DNA of 54,384 nucleotides, counting the filler, from Jimgerdemannia flammicorona (lineage: Eukaryota), in NCBI GenBank assembly GCA_003990765.1. It is 2 parts of 2 records of this genome, joined end to end, with 100 filler letters (N's around TTAATTAATTAA, not from the genome) between each part and the next. Parts side by side here need not be neighbours in the genome. Positions count along the whole stretch, not along the records: positions 27,248 to 54,384 come from RBNJ01000659.1; 1 more part is not named here. One strand, written 5' to 3'. Positions 38,500 through 50,286 of the stretch are shown here, in pieces. A program made the position numbers and the translations under genes. The notes beneath the pieces were generated by a model that saw nothing but the letters and a program-made list of their open reading frames with translations, was not told the DNA's origin and did no database searches. Position 1 is the stretch's first letter. Every line of letters starts with the position of its first letter.

Positions 38500-38900
38500 T
38501 ATGTCTCGCTATATTCCAAGGCCAAACCTCTGACCAAAGCCTACTCAGAAGATATAGGATATGATCTTTACAGTTGGGAGGATGAATCCATTAAGTTTAG
38601 AAAAATATTTATGATCAGAACTGGACTAGCCATACAGCCACCCCAAGGAACTTACATCTAACTAACCTTAAGGTCTGGACTTACCAGACAAGGAATAACC
38701 ATAGAAGGAGAAACTATTGACTTAGAATATACAGGTGAAATCAAGATCATCCTATATAACAGTAGTACAGAATGGCACCAAATCATTAGAGGACAGAAGA
38801 TTGCCCAAGCAGTCTTCATGAAGGTTAAGACCCCATAATTATAAGAAGTTCCTGAACTGACTGAAGGAATAAGACAAGCCAAAGGATTTGGAAGTTCAGA
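38500..38900 (+). pseudogene. dUTPase domain of Gypsy B
   Basis: EDIGYDL...RSGLTRQG...TIDLEYTGEIKIIL...KIAQAVF...RQAKGFGSSD covers motifs I-V of trimeric dUTPases. Confidence 0.92.
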
Positions 38901-41768
38901 TAAGAAGAAAGTATATCTCCTTCAAGTCAACCATCTCAAGAGGAATGTTCTCCAGCAAGTGTACCACCAGCTAGTCAAACTGTACAAGAGTCTCATTCTG
39001 GAGCCTGGAGAGCAAACCACCTTCAAAATCTTTGCACCACCCGACCCCAGAAATCTCTTCTTTGAACCCAATGAAGATATCCTATACCTGGATATAGAAG
39101 AATATACATTTCCCAACAAGATGAATTCAGTATGCTCTCAAGCAACCAACCAAAGTTGGGAGACCATCATCTTGCCAAAAGGAACCATCATAGGACATCT
39201 GGTACCCTTTCTCAACCAAACTCATAGAGAAGTTTATGAACTAAACTTATCAAGAAATGGCAAAAGGTCCCAGAAGAAAGGAAAGACTCCTCTGTGATCC
39301 AGGAGATAGTAAAGCCTTCTACCAATATTGGAGAAGAATTGATACCCCAACAATAGCAACAACTAGTAGAACTCCTCAACAAATATCAAGATATCTTTAC
39401 TACTGATTATGGCAACCTATCATATAACCCATCATATCACTATAGTATAAATATAGGAAATGCAACACCCATCTGACAGAAACTCTATAGAATACCCCAT
39501 TACCTAAAGAAATTTGAAAAGGAGCACATTTAAGAGCTTTTGGACAATAGAGTCATCCAACCCTCAACTAGCTCTTGGGCTAGCCCTATACTTATTGTAT
39601 CAAAGAAAGGAGGATGGAGACTCTGTATAGATTACAGAAAACTCAATTTAGTCACTGAAAAGGATATCTATCCTTTGCTCAGAATTGATGACCTCTTGGA
39701 CCAGTTATAAGATGCCAGATACTTCAGCAATATGGACCTTTTTTTGGGATTCCATGAGATCCCCATAGACCCAATAGACATCCAAAAGACAGTCTTCCTT
39801 ACTCTAGGAAAACTGTTTGAATACCTCTGAATGCTCTTTAGACTTTACAATATACTCCCCACCTTCCAGAGAATAATGAATTCAGTCTATGCCCCCTTGA
39901 TTTACTACTGCCTAATTGTATATATGGATGATTCCAACATCTATTTATCAAATTTCAAGGAATACCTACACTACCTAGAAGAATTCTTCAAGCTTACCTG
40001 CAAGAACCATCTGAGACTCAATGCCAAGAAATGCTATTTTGGAAAACAGAAACTTAAATTCCTTAGATTCATAGTTTTGAAAGAAAGAACTCATACAGAT
40101 CCAAAGAAATCCAAGAAGATCAACAATTGGCCAGTACCCAAGACTCTGAAGGAAACACTACTATTTCTGATACTAGTATTCTACTACAGAAGATTTATCA
40201 AGAACTTTACCAAAATTGCTGCTCCAATCCAAGTCCTTCTCAAAAAAGAGTACCTTACAAATAGACAGAATCACAAGAGAAAGCCTTCAAAGAACTCAAG
40301 AACTGCATGACTACAGTACTAATTCTGGTACACTCTAATCTATAAAAGCCATTCATCTTGTATACAGATACTTCCAAAGATAGCCTGGGAGCAGTTTTAG
40401 TCTGAAGGACCAACCAATAACACCATATAATAGCTTATACAAGCTGAGCTATTAATCAGTAGCAGATGAACTATGGCAGCACCAAATTGGAATGCCTTGC
40501 AGTCATATAGGCAGTCACTCTGTTCAAGCATTATCTCATTGAAAAAAAAATTCACCCTAATTACAGACCATACAGTTCTTAAATGGCTATTCAACTACAA
40601 AAAACCTACCAGAATCCTAGCCTACTGAATCCTTATCCTTCAGGATTACAAAATCACTATCATCTACAAAGCAGGGAAAGCTTACAACAATATTGATATA
40701 CTTTCCTGCCAGCTCCAATGAATTAGAAGAAGGGTGTCCTGAGGAACTATACCCTAAAGGAAGCTCCTCAGACCATCAAAGCACAAGAAGATCTCATTCA
40801 AAAAGAACATTAGAAAGCCCACTAAGGACAGACAAATATAGAGGAGAAGTTACAAACAATATACCAATATTGGCCCAATCTCAGAACACAAGTCTGGGAT
40901 ATACTCAAGAAATGTGACACCTGTCAGAAGTACCAAGGAAGGAAGAATCACCAAGCACCACTAAACCAATCATACCACCAAACAACATCTTTCAGAGATA
41001 GAGAGTAGATGTAATTGGACCCCTACCAGTTACACCAAGAAGAAATAAGTATATTCTTATATTTGTGGAATATCTGACCAAGTGGCCCAAGACTTTCTCA
41101 ATGGAAATTACAGATATCTTGACTATTATAGGTCTTCTCCATAGACTCACACCCAGATATGGACCCCCAGAAGAACTTATCTCTGACCAAGGCACAGAAT
41201 TCATCAACAACATAATCATAAGTTATACCTGAATTCACAAGATCCATCTCAAACAGACCACATCATACCACTCTCAGACCAATGATATGACAGAAAGAAT
41301 AAATCAAACTATCAAGAAAGGACTTGCCCAAGTCAATCCTACCAACTGAGACCTCTGCTTACCTGAGATCCTATGGGAAATTTGGAACACCCCTGCTGCC
41401 TCTATCAAACAAAAGCCATTCAAAATAATATTTGCTAAGAAAACCAAAACTGCTGATCATAAGAATCTTGGAGACCTCCTTAAGAAGGCAGAATAATTAC
41501 ATAATCAAGCCTGATTCCAGATTACTAAAGCCCAAGAAAGACAAAAGAAGTACTATGACCAGAAACAAAAGGACCAGGAGATCAAGATTGGAGATCAAGT
41601 ACTAGTTTGGAGAAGCATGATTGAAACAAACTTTGGAGACCAAATGAGAAGGACCTTATCTTGTATACAATATCAGAGAAACCAATATCTATTTAAGAAG
41701 TATAGATGGATAAACCCTGAGGACACCAGTACATATTAATCACCTTAAGATATACTTCTCTCCACATC

Positions 41769-42280
41769 ATGAATCAGAACAACTGCCTTCAGACTCTTGT
41801 CCTCAGTTCATTTCAATCACTGCTAATTCTCCTACTCCAATTCTGAGAAGTCAATGAGAATATCCTCCAGAGAATTCAGATTCATCAAGAGAATCTTGTC
41901 CTGACCAAATAATTGTTACAGGTCCACCAACTTCAGATCCATTATGTAATTGGAGAACAATTGCAGAACCTCCCAGTCCTAGAACAAATATATATCAGAA
42001 ATACTACAAGACTACATATCAAGAAGAGATGTCACTGCTACAGATAGGCTCTATACTCTTTACAAATATAACTCTGCAGCCCTGATGCAAGCAGAATTCC
42101 CCTGGTGTGATATGAGAAATGAACCTAGCCACCTATCTGAGTATTATCAATGCTGTTGAAATCCTGTTCTCAGAAGAAGAAGAAGAACCTCTGAAATAGA
42201 GTAACTATGGTACAGATAATAAAGATGATGGAATAGATATTGATGCAGAAGATGCTTATCCACACTAGAATGACAACTAA
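41769..42280 (+). pseudogene. Gypsy B ORF4, degenerate
   Basis: MNQNNCLQTLVLSSFQ...LQVHQLQIHYVIGEQLQNLP...VEILFSEEEEE... Homologous to A and D. Confidence 0.7.
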
Positions 42281-42320
42281 AGAACAGTCTGAGGACAGAC
42301 TATTCTTTAGTAGGGGCTGA

Positions 42321-43564
42321 TGTGATAAACCAAAACATACTACCTGAATTATAACTTAGTCAGATGACATGAATATATAGCATAATAACTAGATACAGCA
42401 ACTATTGCTGCAGAAAACTGTATAAATAGCCAGACTACCAGATAAGATATATCTGTGCCAAACCTGTATACCTGTGCTGAATCAGTATATCTGTACTGAA
42501 CCAGTATACCTGTACTGAACCAGCACACCTACCATAGATAGTAATCTATAATTAGCAACATGGTAATCAAATAGTAATCATAATGTATAAAATACCTCAG
42601 ATATAAGAGTGAATAAACCTTAGTCTAAAATTGAATCCAAAAGCAAAAGACAAGTCTTTCTACCATACTTTGAGAGGAACTCTATAGCTACTGCTAGGAG
42701 ATTGTGAGCAAAGCATTCCTTTTCCACTCTGGTCTACCTTCTGATACAAAGAAGAGTCTGTTATATTTTTGGTTCACTTGCCAGATAAGCCTGAAGAAAT
42801 CCACCAAGTTCAAGAAAGAACTTTACCACTATTTAAGTTATCTGCTATTCCCAGAGAGCTCTTAAGGAACCTTACCACAAGCCAGTCTCTTGATGCAACT
42901 TCACAGTGGAGCCAGTCTATGACATAACCCCATGCAAACAAAGCCAGTCTTTGATATAACTTGCCAAGAATCTGAGTTATCTGTACCATTTACCATTTTC
43001 AAGTTATTTACCACATTCCCAGAAGAACTCCACTAATTCAGAAAGAATCTGTAACATCTGAGTTATCTAAGTTATCTCCATCATCTGAGTTATTCATCTA
43101 TTCCTAGTAAGAAGAATCCACTGCCAGTATAATTGCCAGTGAGCCGATTCAAGAATCTATACCATTCTCTATTTTCAGCAAGTCTGATTTAGAAGAATCT
43201 ATGTCAAATTAAGTTATCTACCAAATTGCCAGAATATCATATATAAATATCACTGCACTATACAGAGATCATCATGCTATATAAGGAATTATTATACAGA
43301 AATCACATAAGAAAACCACTAAATTGCCAGACCATCATACATAAGGAGATTGTCATACTACACCAAATTGCTCATACCATACAAATTACTGCTATACCTA
43401 AGAACTATCCCAATAAGGAAATCAACCATTGTATCCATATTGACTATTATACTACTAAATACTAAGAATATTTTATTGCTTTTAACAAAGTAACTGGGGG
43501 CTCAAGCCAAACTACACCAACTCCCAATCTTGTAATTTACCTTTATTGAGCCAAGTATATTATA
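42321..43564 (+). repeat. 3' LTR of Gypsy B
   Basis: TGTGAT...ATTATA, following the PPT AGTAGGGGCTGA. Confidence 0.92.
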
Positions 43565-43738
43565 CTATATATTTATTAACCAGAAGAATATAAACTATAT
43601 AATAGTCAGAATGGTAACTTTATATATAAATTATATAAAGAATTATATAGTATTAAGTAAGCAATATACCTATAGAATAAAAGAATTGATAAAAATCTTC
43701 TTAATAATAGATTTATATATTATGAAGTAGATAACTGT
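43565..43738 (+). mobile_element. Continuation of the Copia host 2 RT
   Basis: KLYKELYSIK*AIYL*NKRID...YEVDNC matches Copia LxKxLYGLKQAxRxW...ExDxC. A further 10 bp lies at 45888-45897. Confidence 0.88.
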
Positions 43739-45887
43739 TGTAATGTAGTAGATATATATATAGCAAATTCTGAAATTCATATAAAGGAAGAAAGAGTATA
43801 TAAAGAAGACTTGTTTTTTGAAATTGAACTGACTGAGATTTATTCACTCTAAAATACTGAGTTATTTATATAGATTTATATACTATAATATGGCTAAGTT
43901 ATGACTATATTTCCTGTAAGTTATTTTTTAATATTTGAAAAACTCTAACATTTGCTAAAACTTTAACATTTGCTAAATGAACACTATTTGTAAGGCTATA
44001 CTATATTTGGGAATCAGATTCAGATACTATGATCAAATATCTATTCCTCTAGTTCATATTCCTAATAATACTATATATCATATCTTCTCTCTGAATAGAT
44101 TATTTTTAACATAAAAATATCTATTCAAATTCCTATATTTCAATGTTTGTATATTTTTTCCCTCTATATGGACATATTTGTGATATATCTAAGTAATTGT
44201 AAAAGTCTTCAAACAATTAATTTGGGTGATAGTATATATATTATCAAAAGTGATTAATTCTTATAACTTTGTCCCTCAAACTAAGGAGTGATCTGACTAT
44301 TAACTCAATAATATGGTTCTTTGCAGAGCATTTATTGTTCAATACTGACAGTTTACAGAAATAAGACTGATAACTAGAACAACTAATTAATAGCAGATGA
44401 TGCAGACAAAACAATGTCTGTATAGTAGTCTATTCATATATTGGGCAGCATTTGTATGTTGTCAAATATTATATAATGGTATCTTTAAAGGTTAAGTAGC
44501 AGCAAATTGTATTGCAGGATAGCTTCCAGACTCATTGAGTATAAACTTTGAGATAGATTATATCTTCAAAAGTTGGGTTGTGACAAATTATATATTACAA
44601 AATAGATTATATCTTCAAAAGTAGTGAGTGACAGCAGTCTATTTATATGTTGGATAGTATTTGTATATCATCAAATATCAGATGACAGCATCTTCAAAGA
44701 TCAAGTAACAGTAAATCATATATCATAAGACAGCTTTCAGACTTATAAATTATATGTTGTAGAATGACTTTTAGACTTATAAATTATATATTATGGGATA
44801 GCTTCCAGACTCATTGAGTATAGACTTTGGAGTAGGTCATATCTTCAAAACTCAGATAGTGACAAATCATATATCATGGAATAGGTCATATATATCTTCA
44901 AAAGCAGTAGGTGATAGCAGTCTTTTCATATATTAGACAGGATTCATATGTTATCAAAAGTTGGATAATGATATCTTCAAAGGTCAAATTATATATTGTA
45001 AGATGGCTTCCAGACTCATAAATTATATGTTTTAGGATAGCTTCTATGCTCATAAATTATATATTATGGGACAGCTTTTAGGCTCATAAATTATATATCA
45101 TGAGATAACTTTCAGACTCATCAAGTATGAACTTCAGAGCAGGTTATATCTTCAAAAGTTGGGTGGTAGTAAATTGTATATTGCAGGACAGGTTATATCT
45201 TCAAAAGTGGCAAATGACAGTAGTCTATTTGGTATAATGGTTTATTCAGTATTTTTCAGTAATTAATTCTTATAAGATTATTTCTTAAACTAAGAAGCAA
45301 CTGGGCTATTAACTCAATAATGTGATTTTTTGTAGAGTGTCTATTTTTCAATACTGATAATAGTTCACAAAAATGAGACTAACAACTAGAACAACTAATT
45401 AACAGTAGATGGTACAGAGATAATCACCATATATAATAGTCTATATATTGTAGTTGTTTATTTTTTAGCTTAAAAGTAATAATTCATTTTGAATCACCAA
45501 CCAATGAGCACTAAGTTATAATATAGCAGATGTGTAACTATATAAGTATAGTGGATTCTGAAATTCATATAAAGGGAGAAAGAGTATATAAAGAAGACTT
45601 ATTTTTAGAATTGAACTGACTAAGATTTATTTACTCTAAAATACTGAGTTATTTATACAGATTTGTATACTATAAGATAGCTAAGTTATGACTATATTTT
45701 CTGTAAGTCATTTTTTAATATCTGCAAAAACTTTAACATTTGCTAAAACTTTAACTTTGCTAAAACTTTAATATTTGCTAAATAACTACTATTTGTAAGA
45801 CTATTCTATATTTGGGAATCAGATTTAGATACTATGATCAAATGGCTATTCTTTTGATTTATATTTCTAATTATACTATATATCATA
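43739..45887 (-). mobile_element. Small non-autonomous LTR element C (2.15 kb)
   Basis: Direct repeats 43739-44082 and 45517-45887 (TGTAAT/TATAAT...ATCATA). PPT-like AGAGAGAAGA on - at 44083-44092 and PBS-like motif at ~45497-45514. TSD CTGT (43735-43738) / CTAT (45888-45891). Interior is tandem repeats with no pol. Confidence 0.85.
44400..45230. repeat. Higher-order tandem array inside element C (33-bp AAATTATATGTTGTGGGACAGCTTCCAGACTCAT-like units plus ATCTTCAAAAG units)
   Basis: Seen directly. Also a ~160-bp direct repeat at ~44251-44408 and ~45259-45419. Confidence 0.8.
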
Positions 45888-47237
45888 CTATATATATTGT
45901 AACATGCTGGCTCAATGGAGACAAATTACAAGATTGGGGGTTGATATAGTTTGGCTTGAGCTCTCAGTTACTTTGTCAAAAGCAACAAAATGTTCTAAGA
46001 TTCCTGAGGTCCTTGGTGTTTAGTGGTATAATAGTCAAGCTGGATATCTGTAAGTGGTTTCCATATTGGGACAGTTCTCTGGGTGTAGCAGCAATTTGTG
46101 TCTTTCCTTCTTGGGTCAACTGAGAATGGCAGAATTTGTATATAGCATGAGTGGTTTCCTTCTTGAGTGACAATCTCTGATTTCTGCATGATAATCTGGC
46201 AATTTAGCAGTTCTCCTTATGTGATTTCTGCATGATAATCTCTGTGTAGTGTGATGATCTCTGTGTGATGATCCTCATATAGCATGATGATTTCCAAAAG
46301 TATGCAATTTCTGGCAGATAGCTTGATTTGGCTTGCTGGGAATTGTATGGTATGGATTCTTCTATACCAGGCTCACTGAGAATGCAGATAACTTGAAAAT
46401 GGCAGATGATGTGGATTCTTCCAGATTCGGCAGCTTCAACTGGGAATACGGCAGTTAACTTGGAGATGGCGGATGATGTGGATTCTTCCTGAATCAGCAG
46501 ACTTCTTGAAAACAGCGGCTTAACTGGGAATAACTTGGATGACATAAATTCTTCCAGATAGGGCTCTTCTGGAGAATACAAATAACTGGTAGCATTCTTT
46601 GGAAAAGAGTCTCTTGGCAAAGTTACATCAAAGACTGGCTTCATTTGCATGGGGTTATATTGTAGACTGGCTCCATTGCGAAGTTGCATCAGAAACTGGC
46701 TTGAGCAAGGCAGCTTTCTTGGGAAGGTGGAGGATAATCTTGAAAACGGCAGCTTATTCCTTAAGTGGCAGGTTACTCAAAAGACAGTGAAGTTCTTCTT
46801 GAACTTAGGTGGCAAATCTTCAGGCTTATCTGGCAAGCAAACCAATCAATCTTTGTATCGGAAAGTAGACTGGAGTAGGAATAAGGGGATCAATTACTCA
46901 ATCTTTAGAGGCTTCTTTGGTTTGCACTTCAATTCAGACTGAGGTTTATTCACTCTTATCTCTGGAGTAATTTATACAAGTTGGTTGCTATCTGGTTACT
47001 ATGTGGCTAACTATAGATCTGCTACTTATGGCAGGTGTACAGAGTCTGTACAGATAAACAGACCCTTTCTGGTATGTCTGGCTATTTATACAGTTTTCTA
47101 CAGCAATGATTGCTGGTTACTAAGCTGTGTGTTCACATTATCTTGTTCACGTCATCTGGTTAAGATATGATTTGGGTGGTATATCTTGGCTTGTCACATC
47201 AGCCCCCACTGAAGGGTAGTCTGTCCCAGACTATTCT

Positions 47238-47753
47238 TCAGTCATCATCCCAATAAGCATAGGCTGCTTCTGTATCTACACCTGTTTCAGCATCTTCATT
47301 GTCTGTACTGGGGTTACTCCATTCTATGGGCTCTTCTTCTTCTTCTGGGAATAGGATTTCAACAGAGTTAATAATGCTCAAATAGGTAACAGAGTTCATT
47401 CCTTGAATATCATTCAGAGAGAATTGTGCCTGTGTCAGGGCTGTGATATTTTATTTGTAAATGGTATATAGTCTGTCTGCAGTAGTAGTGTCTCTTCTGG
47501 TCAGACCTGTGGTGTTCCTGATGTAGATCTGTTCTGGGGCTGGGAGGTTCTGCAATTGTTCGCCAATTGTATAATAGGCCTGCAGTTGGTGGACTTGTAG
47601 TAGGCATCTGGCCAAGGTGAGATTTTCTTGATAAGCCTAGATCCTTTGAAGGGGACTTCCATTGGCTTGGCTGAATTGGGGTAGAGGGACTGGTAGGGCT
47701 TAGAAGGAGCTGAGGATCAATGTCTAGAGGTACTGATCAATCCTTTGGCTCAT
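47238..47753 (-). pseudogene. Gypsy D ORF4, 171 aa, four internal stops (CAR->TAR type)
   Basis: MSQRIDQYL*TLILSSF*ALPVPLPQFSQANGSPLQRI*AYQENLTLARCLLQVHQLQAYYTIGEQLQNLPAPEQIYIRNTTGLTRRDTTTADRLYTIYK*NITALTQAQFSLNDIQGMNSVTYLSIINSVEILFPEEEEEPIEWSNPSTDNEDAETGVDTEAAYAYWDDD. Confidence 0.75.
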
Positions 47754-48817
47754 AGTGTAGAGGGGAAATATAGTTTGAGGCGATTGATGTATACTGGTGT
47801 TCTCAGGGTTCATCCATCCATGCTTCTTAAATAGGTGCTGGTTCCTCTGATATTGTGTACAAGATAAGATCCTTCCCATTTCGGTTCTAGTTTGGTGGCA
47901 AAGTTTGTCTCAATCATGCTTCTCCAAACTAGGACTTGATTTCCAATCTTGATCTTCTGATCCTTCTGTTTTTGGTTATAGTACTTCTTTTGTCTTTCCT
48001 GGGCTTTGATAATCTGTCCTTGGACTTGATTACATAGCTGTTCTGCCTTCTTGAGGAGGTCTCTGAGATTCTCATGGTCAGCAGTTCTGGTTCTCTTGGC
48101 AAACATCATTTCAAATGGCTTTTGTTTGGTGGATGTGGCAGGGGTATTCCGAATTTCCCATAGGATCTCAGGTAAGCAGAGGTTCCAATTAGTAGGATTG
48201 ACTTGGGCAAGTCCTTTCTTGATGGTTTGGTTCATTCTCTCTATCATGCCATTGGTCTGAGAGTGGTATGATGTGGTCCTTTTGAGGTGGATCTTGTGAA
48301 TTCAGGTATAACTTGTGATTATTTTGTTGATAAATTCCGTGTCTCGGTCAGAGATGAGTTCTTATGAAGGTCCATATCTGAGTGTGAGTTCATGGAGGAG
48401 GCCTACAATGGTTAAGGCATCTGCAATTTCCATTGGGAAAGCCTTGGGCCACTTGGTCAGATGCTCCACAAATACAAGGATGTATTTGTTTCTTCTTGGT
48501 ATAACTGGTAGAGGTCCAATTATGTCTACTCTCCATCTCTGAAATATGTGAGTGAGTGGGGGAATCGGTTGCAGAGGGGCTTGATAGTTCTTCTTTCCTT
48601 GGTACTTCTAGCAGATGTCACATTTCTGAATAATATCCTGAACTTGAGTTCTAAGGTGGGGCCAATGTTGATATTGTTTTCGAATCTTGTCTTCTGTACT
48701 TGTCTGTCCTTGGTGGGCTTTTTGATGTTCTTGTCGGATAAGATCTTCTTATTTCTTAATGGTCTGAGGAGCTTTCTTTAGGGTGTGGTTCCTCGGGACA
48801 CCCTTTTTCTGATTCAT
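47750..48817 (-). pseudogene. Gypsy D integrase as a separate ORF
   Basis: ATG at 48817 (MNQKKGVPRNHTLKKAPQ). HHCC zinc finger EHQKAH...CDIC; DDE core VDIIGP / ISDRD / GMIERMN; C-terminal PKWEGSY...INRLKLY. No chromodomain. Confidence 0.88.
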
Positions 48818-50286
48818 TGGGGCTGGCAGAAAAGTACATCAACATTGTTGTGGGCTTTCCCTGCTTTGTGAATGATGGTGATTTTGTAATCCTGAAGGAT
48901 AAGGATCCAGCAGGCTAGGATTCTGGCTAGTTCCTTGCAGTTGAATAGCTATTTGAGAGCTGCATAGTCTGTGATCAAGGTGAACCTTTTTCCAATAAGG
49001 TAATGCTTGAACAGGGTGACCACCCATATGACTGCAAGATATTCCAGTTTGGTGCTACCATAGTTCATTTGCTGCTGATTGGTAGCTCTACTTGCATAAG
49101 CTATCACATGGTGCTGTTGGTCAGGTCCTTCTTGGGCTAGAACTGCTCCTAGGCCATCTTTGGAAGCATCTGTATACAAGATGAATGGCTTCTGTAGATT
49201 GGGGTGCACAAGGATTGGTGCTGTAGTTATGCAGTTCTTGAGTTCTCTGAAGGCTTTTTCCTGTGATTCTGTCTATTTGAATGGCATTCCTTTCTTGAGA
49301 AGGATTTGGATTGGGGCAGCAATTTGAGCAAAATCCTTAATAAACCTTCTGTAGTAGGATACTAGTATCAGGAATGATAGTGTTTCTTTTGGAGTCTTGG
49401 GTACTGGCCAATTGTTGATCTTCTCAGTTTTCTTTAGGTCTGCATGAGTTTCTTCTTTTGAAACCATGAATCCCAAGAATTCAAGTTTCTGTTTCCCAAA
49501 GTAGCATTTCTTTGCATTCAATCTCAAGTGATTCTTGTAGGTGAGCTTGAAGAATTCCTCTAGGTGGTGCAAGTATTCTTCAAAATTTGCTGAATAGATA
49601 TTGGAATCATCCATATATACAATCAGGCAGTGGTGGATCAAGGGGGCATAGACTGAATTCATCATCCACTGAAAGGTGGGGAGTGCATTGCAGAGTCCAA
49701 AGGGTATTCAGAGGTATTCAAACAGTTTTTCTAGAGCAAGGAAGGCTGTCTTTTGAATGTCCTTGGGGTCCATGGGGATCTTATAGAATCCTGCGAAGAG
49801 GTCCATACTGCTGAAGTATCTGGCATCTTGTAACTGGTCCAAAAGGTCATCGATTCTGGACAAAGGATAAGTATCCTTTTCAGTAACTGAGTTGAGTTTT
49901 CTGTAATCCACATAGAGTCTCCATCCTCCTTTCTTTGGTATGATAAGTATAGGGCTGGCCCAGGGGCTGGTAGAGGGTTGGATGACTCCATTGTCTAAGA
50001 GTTTTTAGATGTGCTCCTTTTTGAATGTTTTCAAATGATGGGGTATTCTATAGGGTTTCTGCCAGATGGGTGTTGCACTTCCTATATTTATGCTGTGGTG
50101 ATATGATGGGTTGTATGACAGGTTGCCATAATCGGTAGTGAAGATATCTTGGTATTTGTTGAGAAGTTCTACTAGTTGTTGCTGTTGTTGAGGTGTCAAT
50201 TCTTCTCCAATATTGGTGGAAGGCTTTACTGTCTCCTGGGTCACAGAGGGGCCTTTCCTTTCTTCTGAGACCTTTTGCCATTTCCC
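48814..50286 (-). pseudogene. Gypsy D RT-RNaseH ORF
   Basis: PIWQKPYRIP, DYRKLN, YMDD, FILYTDAS, LITDYAAL, HNNVDVL. Ends in TGA at 48814-48816. Confidence 0.92.

Larger units (their letters stand above)
33613..43564 (+). mobile_element. Full-length degenerate Gypsy copy B nested in the Copia RT
   Basis: LTRs 33613-34760 and 42321-43564. PBS 34761-34779, PPT ~42309-42320. TSD CTAT at 33609-33612 and 43565-43568. The Copia frame DIDTKLY|IY*PEEY rejoins across it. Confidence 0.95.

Noticed and set aside
44400..45230. Repeat array as a possible CRISPR (also 31966-32165)
   Set aside because: Units are contiguous and degenerate with no unique spacers, there are no cas genes, and the context is eukaryotic TE sequence.
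46204..46689. 161-aa ORF inside the LTR of D
   Set aside because: Non-ATG start and built from LTR minisatellites. The corresponding region in the other LTRs has indels and stops.
47238..47753. ORF4 as an envelope gene
   Set aside because: No signal peptide, furin site or hydrophobic TM helix, and too short.
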